From IMG/VR virus record IMGVR_UViG_3300027806_000039, positions 9,310 to 73,309 of that record: a stretch of 64,000 nt of DNA. One strand, given 5' to 3'. Origin of the DNA: a virus. The translations under genes were made by a program, and so were the position numbers. The notes under the pieces were generated by a model, which was not told the origin of the DNA, did no database searches, and saw only the letters and a program-made list of their open reading frames with translations. Numbering within the stretch: the first letter of the stretch is position 1; the number at the start of each line of letters is the position of its first letter. This document shows positions 54,181-63,814 of this stretch, piece after piece.

Positions 54181-54789
54181 TCACACCGCCGACAGTAGCG
54201 GAGTCTCAATGTACGCGCCCCACTGGTCGGCCATCGCCGCTGCGATCCCTTCGTAGGTCTTGCTTCTGATCTTCCAGCGGTCGGGCGACGGGGCCAGTTT
54301 GTTCTGCCCGCTCGCGGTCTGGTTCTCCCAGCGATCCCGGTGCTCCAGCACGTTCGTCGCCCGCAGATGAGGCAAGCCCTTTAGCCAGAGACAGGTAGCC
54401 TTCGACTCTGGGTGGCCGAACTGCCAAGGCTGGATGGTCTGGTCGGGCTTCCGCCAGAGCGATGACATGATGCAGACCGGGTTTTCTATGGCAATGTGCG
54501 GTATATCGGCCTTTGCTAGCCGCATGAAAAACGACACGCTCGCCTGCTGCCTGCCGTCCATTCGCTTCGCTTGGAAGTGCCTCGCCCCGCTTACGGACAG
54601 GTCGGTGCATGGCGGGTGGGCGATCATCAAGTCCCACGGGTAGTCCAGAACATCGCGGACATCGCCTTGGTAGTGCGGGCCGGGCGTCTCGGTCGGCAGA
54701 AGGTCGCATGACATCGCCTCATGCCCGAGAGCCAAGAAGGCGTCCCGCACGGCACCACTGTACTCACAAGCGATCAGCACCCTTGCCAT
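54181..54789 (-). CDS. Phage C5-cytosine DNA methyltransferase-like protein (copy 2)
   Basis: Translation identical to 6628-7236. Confidence 0.8.
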   Translation of the reverse strand: MARVLIACEYSGAVRDAFLALGHEAMSCDLLPTETPGPHYQGDVRDVLDYPWDLMIAHPPCTDLSVSGARHFQAKRMDGRQQASVSFFMRLAKADIPHIAIENPVCIMSSLWRKPDQTIQPWQFGHPESKATCLWLKGLPHLRATNVLEHRDRWENQTASGQNKLAPSPDRWKIRSKTYEGIAAAMADQWGAYIETPLLSAV

Positions 54790-54855
54790 GACCGCAGATT
54801 ACCGAGCGTGGCAACTGGGTCAACGCTCGTTCAGAAGCGCGACCGCACCTGATTT

Positions 54856-55086
54856 CTATCGTTTGGTCCGCTCCAGAAGCGCCCGCAGCGCTGACGAAAT
54901 ACGCAGGCACTCGTCCTTGTCTGGTGGACGATGATGGCCGATTGCACTCAGTTCTGAGTCGGCAGCGACAATCGCTTCCAGTTCCGCGTCGGTGAGCGTG
55001 AGCCGATGGCTCCAAGAATCAACGGTTTGTAACGACCCGTCCTCGTTCACTCCGATGATCGGCCGTGCTGGCGTCCACTTGTCCAT
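54856..55086 (-). CDS. Hypothetical phage protein, copy 2
   Basis: Identical to 7303-7533. Confidence 0.55.
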   Translation of the reverse strand: MDKWTPARPIIGVNEDGSLQTVDSWSHRLTLTDAELEAIVAADSELSAIGHHRPPDKDECLRISSALRALLERTKR

Positions 55087-55118
55087 CGCGTCCCTCTCTG
55101 ATTTCAGTAGCGCAATTG

Positions 55119-55454
55119 CTAAAAGTCGCCGCCGCATGACCCAGAATCAAAACTGCTTCCTGAGTCATACGAGCCACTGTCGTAACTGCTGCCTCCAGAA
55201 TCGTATGAACTAGAGTCATACGACCCAGCCCCAGAATCTACCTCCGGCGTCTGGTGGCAGTGGTGGTCTTCCGATGTGTTCATCATGTCGCCAAGCATCC
55301 CTCCAGCGAGGTTGCCGCCAAGCAATCCGCCTACAAGTCCGTCGTTCGTGGCGTAGCCGAGGGCAACAGACTGCACAAAACCATCGTCAGACGATGCAGG
55401 CACGGCAGTGACGATTGCGTGCTTCGGCTTCTTTTTTCTGAGCCAGCCAAACAT
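55119..55454 (-). CDS. YDSG-repeat hypothetical protein, copy 2
   Basis: Identical to 7566-7901. Confidence 0.65.
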   Translation of the reverse strand: MFGWLRKKKPKHAIVTAVPASSDDGFVQSVALGYATNDGLVGGLLGGNLAGGMLGDMMNTSEDHHCHQTPEVDSGAGSYDSSSYDSGGSSYDSGSYDSGSSFDSGSCGGDF

Positions 55455-55748
55455 GGAAACTCCTTTGGTTTCGTAGATAAGAAACGTCTTTACCTGCGGC
55501 GTGTAATGTCAAAGTTCTTCGCAAAAAAACTGCCGGATCATATTGGCAATCCGACGCGATTCGTCTGTTCTCAAATACGATTCGGGCGTGTATCGCCGGT
55601 GCCTGCGGGTCGCGGTGCCGGATTATCGGGCCGGTCGCTGTCGCAAGCTGTCGCCGCCGGCGCGGCGTTGTTGTCCCGCTCGGGCAGATTCTCGCCCTGG
55701 CGGTCGCTTTGTCCCGCTCGGTGCAGCGTAGCGGACCCGTCAATCGGG

Positions 55749-55970
55749 TCAACGCTCGTCCGCTTCCGCGATCCGCTTGGCGGCCTCGGCGTCGAACGAG
55801 TCGGCCCGGCCCAGGTCGAACCAAAGCGGATAGTGCCGCAGCAGCCGCCTAGCCTCCTCGCGGACGGGCTTCGGCACGCCCTTGATCCCGCCGTTGTAGG
55901 GCGAGGTCAGCCGCAGGAGGAAATCCTGCGTGCCCAAGACGGCTCGCGTTCGCTCGTGAGGGAGTGTCAT
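55749..55970 (-). CDS. BPSL0761-family-like protein
   Basis: MTLPHERTRAV...FL..L...VP..VR.EARRLLRHYP. Confidence 0.75.
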   Translation of the reverse strand: MTLPHERTRAVLGTQDFLLRLTSPYNGGIKGVPKPVREEARRLLRHYPLWFDLGRADSFDAEAAKRIAEADER

Positions 55971-56016
55971 GTTCCAGATTCCAGAATTGCGAAAGCCCGG
56001 TCGCAGGCGTTGCAAA

Positions 56017-56143
56017 GCCACTGGGGCGGCCCACTCGTCACCGATCCGGTTTGTATCCCGGCGTGCTACGTCTCGCCCCTGCCCGCCGCCAGCCACCATA
56101 GACGCCGTGTGGCGCGGCGTCGGCTGACGGATGGCTTAGTGTT
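56017..56143 (-). ncRNA. Candidate structured ncRNA, copy 2
   Basis: Homologous to 8567-8696. Confidence 0.55.
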
Positions 56144-56216
56144 CGGTATTACCTAATTTACTACCTAGTTCTTGCGATCTTACCTAATTCGACCGCCGCA
56201 CCTACGGTGTGTAGCG

Positions 56217-56720
56217 TCACTTGAACAACAGATCGGCGGTGTTTTCCAGAATCGCCACCAGTTGCGGCGACAGGCCAAAGCGGTTCGCGTTGATCTCAAT
56301 CGACCTACGGATGTTACCGTCGTTGTGCCGCTCGCTCGCCGCTTTCCAGTCGCAGAGCATCTCCACAATGTCAAGCAGATTCATGTCATCCACCCCGTTC
56401 TTGTGGTGTTCCGGGTGGTGGCGGTTGTGGGCGTAGTGATGATCCAACGCGAACTTGATTGCCGCCAAGTAGCCGCGATATTCGTCGCTGCCGTATGTGC
56501 AGCCAGCTAACTTCGGCGTGTATTCCGTGAACGCCTCCACCTCTGGCGATTCTAGTTTTGTCTGGTCATGCTGCTCGCCCCTTCTGAGCAAGTCGATAGC
56601 ACATGCGTTCAGCAGATTGCGAACTCGCTCAATGTGGCGAAACGTGTCGTTGTTCGTCGCTTTTTGCTCAGTAGTCAGCACAAAATTCTTCCCTGGTCTG
56701 TATAGCGACGCTACTGCCAA
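56217..56720 (-). CDS. DUF5662-like HD-type protein
   Basis: H...HDQTK...HHYAHNRHHPEH...EMLCDW.AA; true start uncertain. Confidence 0.78.
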   Translation of the reverse strand: MAVASLYRPGKNFVLTTEQKATNNDTFRHIERVRNLLNACAIDLLRRGEQHDQTKLESPEVEAFTEYTPKLAGCTYGSDEYRGYLAAIKFALDHHYAHNRHHPEHHKNGVDDMNLLDIVEMLCDWKAASERHNDGNIRRSIEINANRFGLSPQLVAILENTADLLFK

Positions 56721-56744
56721 TCGCTTTTCTCTGTGGGTGTACGG

Positions 56745-57065
56745 TCACGCCGGCATCGGCGGATCGGGCGGCAGTAGGGCCACCGCGTCGGCCCAAGGCA
56801 GAACCTCCACCGCAGCGTTCAGCACCGCTTTGTCGGCGTGTTCCCACATCTCATGCAGCCAGCCGCCGGGTTCGATGGCGGTAAGTAGTGCGGCGGGAAG
56901 CATGAGCCTGCCGTCCACCATCGCACGCGGTGCGGCCACGCAATCGGGCCGACCGTATTCGGCGTGTAGTTCCGCGAGGCGGGCCGCAAGCTGCGGCGTG
57001 AACACCAGAGCGTATTGGCTGGCGTCAGCGTAGGAAATCGGAAGCGTGAGGTCGCCTAGTGTCAT
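56745..57065 (-). CDS. Hypothetical protein, paralogue of 8723-9040
   Basis: See 8723-9040. Confidence 0.75.
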   Translation of the reverse strand: MTLGDLTLPISYADASQYALVFTPQLAARLAELHAEYGRPDCVAAPRAMVDGRLMLPAALLTAIEPGGWLHEMWEHADKAVLNAAVEVLPWADAVALLPPDPPMPA

Positions 57066-57937
57066 GCTCGCCCCAGTGCAGTGTTGAAGGCGATGACCGC
57101 GTTAGAGAACGCGAGAGCTTGGGCCGCCGTCAGACCGTTGCCGATGGAGTACATGCGGAGGCGGCCGGCAGTAAACGCAGAAACGGTGCCGTTGTTATTG
57201 CCAGCGAAAACAGCAAATGGCCTCGCAAACGTTGTAGGCCCGGCAGTGGTTGTCGATTCTGCCGCCTGCGATCCGCTTCGGTAGACTCTGTTGAGAGTGA
57301 CGGACGTTCGCGTTCCGATCATGTGCGGTTCGGCCGTAATGCCAGAGTTGTTGAACTGCGCCTGCCCAACGGTTGAAGACCTGTATCCTCTGAGTGAAGT
57401 GCCTGTTTGGATGTCCAGAATACAAAGCCTGTTCAGGTCGCCAGGAAATTCAAAGCTTCCTAGAGCCATGCGGTCGCCGCTGGTGGTTTCCAGCGATGTA
57501 CCGCTGAACGACAGGTGCGTGCTGTTGGCGCTAGGAATACTGCTGTAGTTGAACCCGGTGTTGAGGTATTTGCTGGTGCCGTCGCCCTTCAGGCCGCCAC
57601 CGCTGCCCGTCTCTGCGTAGTCGCCTGCGACGAAGTTGAAATTAGTGTCGGTGGTGTTACCAATCGTTGCGCCGCCAAGCGATCCAGACAGGTACAGAGG
57701 CGTCCGCACAGCGTTTAGCGATGCGTCGGAGTTGCCTGCGAACAGGTTCAGCCGCAGGATCGCGGACCGCAGGCCGGATTCCAGAGCGATGCTGGCACAG
57801 AACGTCGAAACCGCCGCCAGCGTGTTGCTGCTGACGGTGCCGCCGTTCGCCGTGACGCGGGTCGCCCAATCGACGGCTTCCGGGTGGACGGCGGTGCCGC
57901 TGGCACGCGGTCGCAGGAGGCGGGGCGACATTGGCAT
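57062..57937 (-). CDS. Putative virion adhesion/lectin-fold protein, paralogue of 9037-9921
   Basis: MPMSPRLLRPRASG; GLKGDGTSKYLNTG; YSIGNGLT...FNTALGR. Confidence 0.6.
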   Translation of the reverse strand: MPMSPRLLRPRASGTAVHPEAVDWATRVTANGGTVSSNTLAAVSTFCASIALESGLRSAILRLNLFAGNSDASLNAVRTPLYLSGSLGGATIGNTTDTNFNFVAGDYAETGSGGGLKGDGTSKYLNTGFNYSSIPSANSTHLSFSGTSLETTSGDRMALGSFEFPGDLNRLCILDIQTGTSLRGYRSSTVGQAQFNNSGITAEPHMIGTRTSVTLNRVYRSGSQAAESTTTAGPTTFARPFAVFAGNNNGTVSAFTAGRLRMYSIGNGLTAAQALAFSNAVIAFNTALGRA

Positions 57938-57970
57938 GGGAAGTGCGCTACCGTTAGGGATGTGGGGCCG

Positions 57971-58942
57971 TCAGACGACCCGCCACCGGCTATCGGTCGC
58001 GTCGTAGACCAGGAGCGCCGCGCCGCCGCTTGCGGACATGACGTAATCCCCTGCCCACGGCACAACGAGCCGGTTGGCGGCGGCCGAGCTGGTCGATTGG
58101 TGTTTCAGCGTGATCGCAAACGTGCCGACGTTCACCAGGAGCACGGCCTGCCCCGACGTGCCGGCCACGACCCCGGTGATGTTGCGGGCCGCGCTTGCCG
58201 ACACTCGGAAAATGTCTCCGGTTCCGATGGCGTAGTCGTTCTGGTCGGCTGTGAGCTGGGCCGGGCTCGTCACGACGTTCGCAATCGTGTCGGCCCCGCC
58301 CGTCTGGTGGCTCGACGCATGAGCCTCCGGAGCGAACGTCGCCGGCTTGTCGGTGATGCCAGCCCACGTCGTCGTTCCGGCCGGCCCGGTCGCGCCAGCG
58401 GGGCCTGTGGCACCCGCTACGCCCTGGATGCCCTGCGGGCCGGGATCGCCCTGCGGACCCTGTGGGCCTGTCGCTCCGGTGGCACCGGCGGCTCCGGTCG
58501 CGCCCGCAACGCCCTGTGGCCCCTGCGGACCAGTTGGGCCGGCTGGCCCGGTATCGCCCTGGTCGCCCTTGGCTCCGGTCGCCCCGGTAGGACCGGCCGG
58601 CCCCTGTGGCCCAGTGGCACCGGTCGCTCCGGCAGGCCCGGTAGCCCCGGTCGGTCCAGTGGCCCCAGTGGGGCCTGCCGGGCCGGTCGGGCCGGGCGTC
58701 AGTTCGATGTTGTCGAGCGCGGCCTGGAGGCCCGTCACGTCCTCGATCTCGACAGCACCGCCGCCGGAGTAGGGCAGGGCAGACCAGGCCGTCGTGCCGT
58801 TGCCCACCTTGATCTTGCCGCTATCGGTCTCAAGGCCGATGACGCCGTACCCGAGCACGGGATTCGCGGTCGTGAAGCCGGCGGCCGTGTTGCGGACGTG
58901 GTCGAAGGTGACGCGGGTCGTGAACGTGGCGGGCGTGGTCAT
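57971..58942 (-). CDS. Collagen-like fibre protein with hyaluronidase/Mtd-type N-terminal anchor
   Basis: [25 protein letters not shown], then long Gly-X-Y repeats. Confidence 0.88.
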   Translation of the reverse strand: MTTPATFTTRVTFDHVRNTAAGFTTANPVLGYGVIGLETDSGKIKVGNGTTAWSALPYSGGGAVEIEDVTGLQAALDNIELTPGPTGPAGPTGATGPTGATGPAGATGATGPQGPAGPTGATGAKGDQGDTGPAGPTGPQGPQGVAGATGAAGATGATGPQGPQGDPGPQGIQGVAGATGPAGATGPAGTTTWAGITDKPATFAPEAHASSHQTGGADTIANVVTSPAQLTADQNDYAIGTGDIFRVSASAARNITGVVAGTSGQAVLLVNVGTFAITLKHQSTSSAAANRLVVPWAGDYVMSASGGAALLVYDATDSRWRVV

Positions 58943-59265
58943 TCTTGCACCTGCTGGGTGATCGTGAGGATGAGCGGCGACACAGAGCCGCCGGCAAAGG
59001 CCAGCTCGACGCCACCGCCGCCATCAGCGACGTAGGCTTCCCACGTGGCCAGGTCGGACGCCAGCCGCCACGTCGTTTCGTCAGCCGTCACAAAAACCAG
59101 CATCCCCGCCTCGCGGCGAGGGGCCGGGATCGCGTCCCGCTCGACCAGCGTGGCCACCGTGCGGTAGCCGCCCTTGCCGTAGCGGGCGTCATGCGACGGA
59201 TGAACGTCGGCCGTGTCGAACGGCACGACGGGGGCGATGACGTTGGTGCCTGGAATCTTTGCCAT
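58939..59265 (-). CDS. Putative fibre/head-decoration protein
   Basis: [25 protein letters not shown]. Confidence 0.65.
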   Translation of the reverse strand: MAKIPGTNVIAPVVPFDTADVHPSHDARYGKGGYRTVATLVERDAIPAPRREAGMLVFVTADETTWRLASDLATWEAYVADGGGGVELAFAGGSVSPLILTITQQVQE

Positions 59266-59960
59266 CACGCCACCTCGAGCTTGAGCGTGCCGGTGACGGC
59301 GTAGGTCGACCGATAGACGTTGTAGGGCCGAGCGGCCTGCCCGGAGAACGCGATCGAGCGGGTGGTGATTTCCCAGGCACTCGCGGGGATGCCGTTCACT
59401 GAGATCATCGGCTCGCCCATGCTTACAGGTAGCACGACGTAGACGTAGGCCGACGCCGGCGACAGCGTCTTCGACACTGCCCGGTTGGTGCCGAGGTCGA
59501 GCGACAGCTGCTCCGCGATCTGCTGGTCGGTGATGGCCGCGGCCGTCGAAACGCCGATCGCACGCACGAGCAGCGTTTCGTTGGGCACGGCAGCGGAACC
59601 AGCAACGGCCATCGTATGAATCCTGCGAATCGTTTCCGAGCGGTCGGACCAGCGCCATGCGTTCTGCGATCCATCCGGGATCGCCACTTCGTAGAGCTTC
59701 TCGGCTCCGTTTTCTGTCACCGCCACCCGATCCCCGCGGGCCGGATCCTGCCGCAAATCGTCGCGGTGGATCAGGAAGTCGCGAGTCTCGATCCGGACGA
59801 GGTTGCCGGCCTTGTCGACCGCCTCCCATCGCCCCACAACCAGCGTTGCCCGGCAGGCTCTCGGAAGGCCGACCTTCGGGCGGTATTCGACGTTGACAGA
59901 CAAGTGCTCTCGCCGCTGTCCTTCGAACCACGCCTCGGCCTTTTTGAGCATGTCCTGCAC
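59265..59960 (-). CDS. Head-tail joining protein (lambda gpFII-like) with extra C-terminal domain
   Basis: RDFLI...P.RGDR...YEV...WRWSD...RRIHT; GTG start after GGAG. Confidence 0.65.
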   Translation of the reverse strand: MQDMLKKAEAWFEGQRREHLSVNVEYRPKVGLPRACRATLVVGRWEAVDKAGNLVRIETRDFLIHRDDLRQDPARGDRVAVTENGAEKLYEVAIPDGSQNAWRWSDRSETIRRIHTMAVAGSAAVPNETLLVRAIGVSTAAAITDQQIAEQLSLDLGTNRAVSKTLSPASAYVYVVLPVSMGEPMISVNGIPASAWEITTRSIAFSGQAARPYNVYRSTYAVTGTLKLEVA

Positions 59961-60042
59961 GGAAATCTCCAGGCCCACCCGGGGCCGGGGGCGGGCTGCG
60001 GATTACGCTGCCCGTCCCCCTGGCCCCTTGCGCGCGACACAA

Positions 60043-60372
60043 TCACACCTTCATCAACTTCACTCGCACGACGGGATCGCTCGCACCGGCCGCGGCGACC
60101 GCGTAGCCGACGAGGACGTTCGTGCCGACCGTCGTGGTCAACAGGTTGTTGGCCGAGTCGAAATACACCTTCTGCCCCAGCGTCACGGCCTGGGCCGCCG
60201 TCTTCGGGTGCTCGATCACGCCATCGACGATCAACGAACCAAGCGTGTTGGCAGCAATCGCCGTCTGGGCGATGCCGACACCCACGGAGCCAAGTGCGAC
60301 GATCGCACCGGCCGCGAGAGCCGAAACGGGGGTGTGGTCGATCGACTCCCCCTTCTGAACGAAACGAGCCAT
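60043..60372 (-). CDS. DUF2190 capsid cement protein
   Basis: FVQKGESIDHT...G.KVYFD...VG.AV.AA...VRVKL. Confidence 0.88.
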   Translation of the reverse strand: MARFVQKGESIDHTPVSALAAGAIVALGSVGVGIAQTAIAANTLGSLIVDGVIEHPKTAAQAVTLGQKVYFDSANNLLTTTVGTNVLVGYAVAAAGASDPVVRVKLMKV

Positions 60373-60417
60373 TTGGATCACCTCTTTCTGGAATGCTTGG
60401 AACCGGAAAATCGGAAC

Positions 60418-60449
60418 CCCGGCGGCGGGCTTGGGCTCCCGCCGCCGGG
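60418..60449 (-). terminator. Hairpin after phage A MCP (probable attenuating terminator)
   Basis: CCCGGCGGCGGG/CCCGCCGCCGGG stem followed by TTCCGATTTT on the minus strand. Confidence 0.6.
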
Positions 60450-60467
60450 AACGTCAGGACATCACGC

Positions 60468-62348
60468 TCAGGCGGTCGCCATGCGGTAGCAACCCTGCGG
60501 CTCGGCCTTGGCCACGCCGAAGGAGAAGTGACCCCGCACCTGGATGCCCAGAGTGTCGAAGTCGGCCTCCGCCTGCTGCACCACCGGCTGCCGCTGCCCG
60601 TTGAGGAAGCACACCTCCATCGCTGGAAGCTCGCCGGGGTTGGCAACCAGCCACCACGTCGAAGCGTTCGACAGGTAGGCACTGGAAACCACGCGGTAAC
60701 GGCCAGCCAGCACGTTCACGTTCGTGCGGGTGGCATTTTCGCCCGTGATGAGCAGCGAACCGCTCATCAGCTCGGCCGCCGAAATCTCGAGCTCCGGCGG
60801 AACGAGCAGCATTGCGGGCGTGACCGCCAGCGGGTTGCCGTCCGGATCGTTCAGCTTGCGGTAGGCCGAGGTGGCCGTCCGCAGGCTGGAGATTTGCAGC
60901 GCGTTACCGGCCGCGGCCGAAGCCCCGGCGTAGTAGCTCGCGTTGCTTGCCTCGAACTCCGACCAGAAGCTCTTATTGAGCCTGGTCGCCGCACCGCGGC
61001 CGAGCCGCTGCGGAACCACGGTCAGAGCGCCGAGGTCGTCGTTCACGATGTCCATCATGGTGATGGACGAGATCCGGCCGAACAGGCGAGCCGCGATCGA
61101 GCGGGTCTGGTCGCCGGCCTCTGCCGACTTCAGTTCGCCTCCGTTGCCCACCTGCTCGAACTCGAAGCCGCCGTTCACCCGGATACCAGTGACGGTCTTG
61201 TAGTCCGACACCGACCTGACGCTGGCGATCATCGGCCAGACCTGCTCCACGGCGGTGAAGCCGTCAAGGAGGAACTTGCCGTAGGTGGCCGACAGCACAT
61301 TCGAGATCGAATGCGTGGCGAATGCCGCCTTGATGACGCCACGGCAGTTGCCGTCGGTCACCTTGTAGGTGTCCGCGTCGTAGCCGTTGGCCTTGGCCGC
61401 CCGCAGGAGCACCTCCTGAAGGCCGATGTTCCGCCGCTTCTCAGCGGCCTCGATCGTCCGCTCGCCGAACCGCTTCTCGACGCCCGCCAGGCCGCCGGCG
61501 AGGCAGAGGGCGGCCTGAACGACCTCCTCAGAATCCTCCACCTTGGCGACCACGTGGACGGCGGGGGCCGTCGGACGGTCGGCACGGATCGCGGCGAGGT
61601 TCTCAGCCTTGATCCGCTCGAGCACCTTCGCGGCGATCGAGTCGGCATCAACGAGCTGGGCACCGTCGCCGCCGGTTCCGGCGGTCACGCCGGGCAGCTT
61701 CACGGGAGCGGTGGACTCGGTCCCCGCGGCGACCTTCGCCGCGTCTTCCGCCTGGGCCTTGATCGGCTCAGCGGGCGTCTGGTTGGCGTCGTGCGCCATA
61801 GGGAACTCTCCTGAACTCGCTTCCGCAGCGATCGCGGCAGACGTAGCGGCGTCTGCTCCGAAAAGAACGATCGACACCTCGCGGAGCGTGCTCGCACGCA
61901 CCACGCTGATCGGGCCCGAGAACTGACGGCCGTTCACCTCGACGGCCTCGCCGGCGGCGATGTTTTCGATCCGGCCGACATCGGCCCCGATCGACGCCTG
62001 GAACTTCCAGCCCTTGCGGGCGAGTGTCACGGCCTTCTCCACCTCGGGGCTCTCACCGATCACTTCGGTCGCCACCGTGAGGTCGGTGCCGCTGTTCACG
62101 ACATCGCTCGCCTGGCCGACGGCGTGGTCGATGTCGTAGGTGTGGCCAAGCATGACCGCGATCGGTTGGCTGGTCGTGTCCATGCCGGCTAGGTCCACGA
62201 CGAGCGGATTGCGACTCCACGCCTGCCTGATGGCCCGGCCGGTGTAGCCAACGAGCGAAAACTTCGGGTTGCCGCCGCTCTTGCCGTCCGCGAGGACAGG
62301 AGCCTCGATGAGCGTGGCTTCGCCGCCGATCTTGATTCGTTGGCTCAT
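60468..62348 (-). CDS. Prohead protease-major capsid fusion (Mu gpT-like capsid domain), phage A
   Basis: N-terminal YTG...VVDLAG..H...QASIG...LREVS.V..GAD.T; C-terminal LLVPPELE, FLNGQRQP, DFDTLGIQ.RG. Confidence 0.88.
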   Translation of the reverse strand: MSQRIKIGGEATLIEAPVLADGKSGGNPKFSLVGYTGRAIRQAWSRNPLVVDLAGMDTTSQPIAVMLGHTYDIDHAVGQASDVVNSGTDLTVATEVIGESPEVEKAVTLARKGWKFQASIGADVGRIENIAAGEAVEVNGRQFSGPISVVRASTLREVSIVLFGADAATSAAIAAEASSGEFPMAHDANQTPAEPIKAQAEDAAKVAAGTESTAPVKLPGVTAGTGGDGAQLVDADSIAAKVLERIKAENLAAIRADRPTAPAVHVVAKVEDSEEVVQAALCLAGGLAGVEKRFGERTIEAAEKRRNIGLQEVLLRAAKANGYDADTYKVTDGNCRGVIKAAFATHSISNVLSATYGKFLLDGFTAVEQVWPMIASVRSVSDYKTVTGIRVNGGFEFEQVGNGGELKSAEAGDQTRSIAARLFGRISSITMMDIVNDDLGALTVVPQRLGRGAATRLNKSFWSEFEASNASYYAGASAAAGNALQISSLRTATSAYRKLNDPDGNPLAVTPAMLLVPPELEISAAELMSGSLLITGENATRTNVNVLAGRYRVVSSAYLSNASTWWLVANPGELPAMEVCFLNGQRQPVVQQAEADFDTLGIQVRGHFSFGVAKAEPQGCYRMATA

Positions 62349-63811
62349 GCGTTTTGCTCCTGCTGTTGTGCGTCACCTGCCGGCGAGTTGGCCGCCTGCT
62401 CCGACAGGTCGATGCCGAGTTCGGCCGCGTAGGCCCGCTCCGCGGCGATCTGGCGGAACACTTGCCGCCAATCCTTCCCGCGACGGGCACATGCCTCCGC
62501 GCGGCTGACGGTCTTGGCCGCAAGTCCGACGCTCTCGGCCTGCGCCTCCTTCATGGGGTCGATGTGCTCGAACCCGTCCCACCGCCACCGCCACGTCCAC
62601 TGATCGCGGGGCGGCAGGCCGTCGGGGATCATGCCCTCCAGGAACGTCGCTTCCTCGATCCATCGCTCGAGCAGCGGATCAAGCACGACGCGCTCGACCT
62701 CCGCCCGCTCCGCGGCCAAATGCTTGCGATAAACGAGGTAGTCGCCACGCATCGTCGAGTAGTTGGCCCCCGTCGCGTCCATCACGGCGACGATGTAGGG
62801 CATGTTGAGCGACCTCGCGATCTGCATGAGAATCCGACGCTCGAAGGCGTCGAACGTGCTCGTCGGCTGTTCGGCCTTCAGCTGGTAGGGCTCCCAGCCT
62901 TCCGGCGGAGCCATCGCCATCCCGCGGACGATCGGCATCGTGTCCCAGGCCGGGATGCCGGTGGCCGAACCGGCGGCCGGCATGGTTGTCTTCAGGATCA
63001 CGGCGAGGTCGGCGGCAGTCTCGGCCGCGGTCACGACCGCGTACTGATACCGCCGCAGCATCGCGAACAGTTCGAGGGCCGGCACTACCTCACCCATGCC
63101 GCGATGCTGGCCGGCCCGCGTCGCGTGGTAGTAGTGCAGGACGTTGCCGGCGTTCACCCAGCGGCCTTCGAGCGTGACGCCGTAGTGCGTGCTGCCTGGG
63201 TGGTGCTTCAAGACGTAGTAAGACGACGGGTTGCCGTCGGCGTCGAATCGAATTCCATCGACCGAGCCCTCTACCTCCCAGCGTGCGGCCGGATCGGCCA
63301 CCATCTCGGCCTCGACATGCCGGATGTCGAGCTGCACGCCACGGAGCTTGCGGTTGGTCGTCGCGAGAGCAAACACGTCGCCGTCTATCGCCTTGCCGAT
63401 CCGCATGATGCGGAGCTTGCGGGCGAGGTCGATCCGTTGGTGCCACTCGTATACGTTGTCCTCGATGCGGGCGACGGCCTCTTGGCTGGCGTCCGGGCCG
63501 CAGTCGAGCAAGAGCGTGGGGCCGGTGCCGATGGCGTCGGTGGCCAGCGTGTTCACCATCCCCGCGAGGTAGCCGTTGTTGGCGGCCTCGTACCGGGCTC
63601 GATTGCGAAGCGTGCGACGCTTCCACGGAGACAGGGCGGCGTCGGCCGACAGAGCGTCGGCCATCGCCCAGTGGCCCTTGTTTTGCGGCGTCGTCTCGGC
63701 GGCGTCAAACCGGGCTCGCACGAGCTTGCTGATTGCGGCCCGCTGCTCCGCGACCGTCTGCGCGAGCGAAGCCCGCGACGGCCCGCCAAACAGACCAGCA
63801 AGCACCCCCAT
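62345..63811 (-). CDS. Portal protein, lambda family
   Basis: LRNRARYE..NN, RAGQHRG, NYS..RG, IDP.KEA. Confidence 0.93.
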   Translation of the reverse strand: MGVLAGLFGGPSRASLAQTVAEQRAAISKLVRARFDAAETTPQNKGHWAMADALSADAALSPWKRRTLRNRARYEAANNGYLAGMVNTLATDAIGTGPTLLLDCGPDASQEAVARIEDNVYEWHQRIDLARKLRIMRIGKAIDGDVFALATTNRKLRGVQLDIRHVEAEMVADPAARWEVEGSVDGIRFDADGNPSSYYVLKHHPGSTHYGVTLEGRWVNAGNVLHYYHATRAGQHRGMGEVVPALELFAMLRRYQYAVVTAAETAADLAVILKTTMPAAGSATGIPAWDTMPIVRGMAMAPPEGWEPYQLKAEQPTSTFDAFERRILMQIARSLNMPYIVAVMDATGANYSTMRGDYLVYRKHLAAERAEVERVVLDPLLERWIEEATFLEGMIPDGLPPRDQWTWRWRWDGFEHIDPMKEAQAESVGLAAKTVSRAEACARRGKDWRQVFRQIAAERAYAAELGIDLSEQAANSPAGDAQQQEQNA

Positions 63812-63814
63812 GCT

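Larger units (their letters stand above)
54158..55505. repeat. 1,348-bp direct repeat, copy 2 (= 6605-7952)
   Basis: As for copy 1. Confidence 0.95.

Noticed and set aside
55387-55824. ORF across the conserved hairpin region (and 7834-8016)
   Set aside because: No shared start or RBS between the two copies, and it overlaps neighbouring genes; conservation fits non-coding structure better
9037-57937. Diversity-generating retroelement between the paralogous adhesin genes or the long repeats
   Set aside because: No reverse transcriptase ORF; differences are not adenine-specific; the long repeat shows no mismatches
58377-58696. Periodic GC-rich repeats as a possible CRISPR array
   Set aside because: These are collagen Gly-X-Y codons; no repeat-spacer structure and no cas genes
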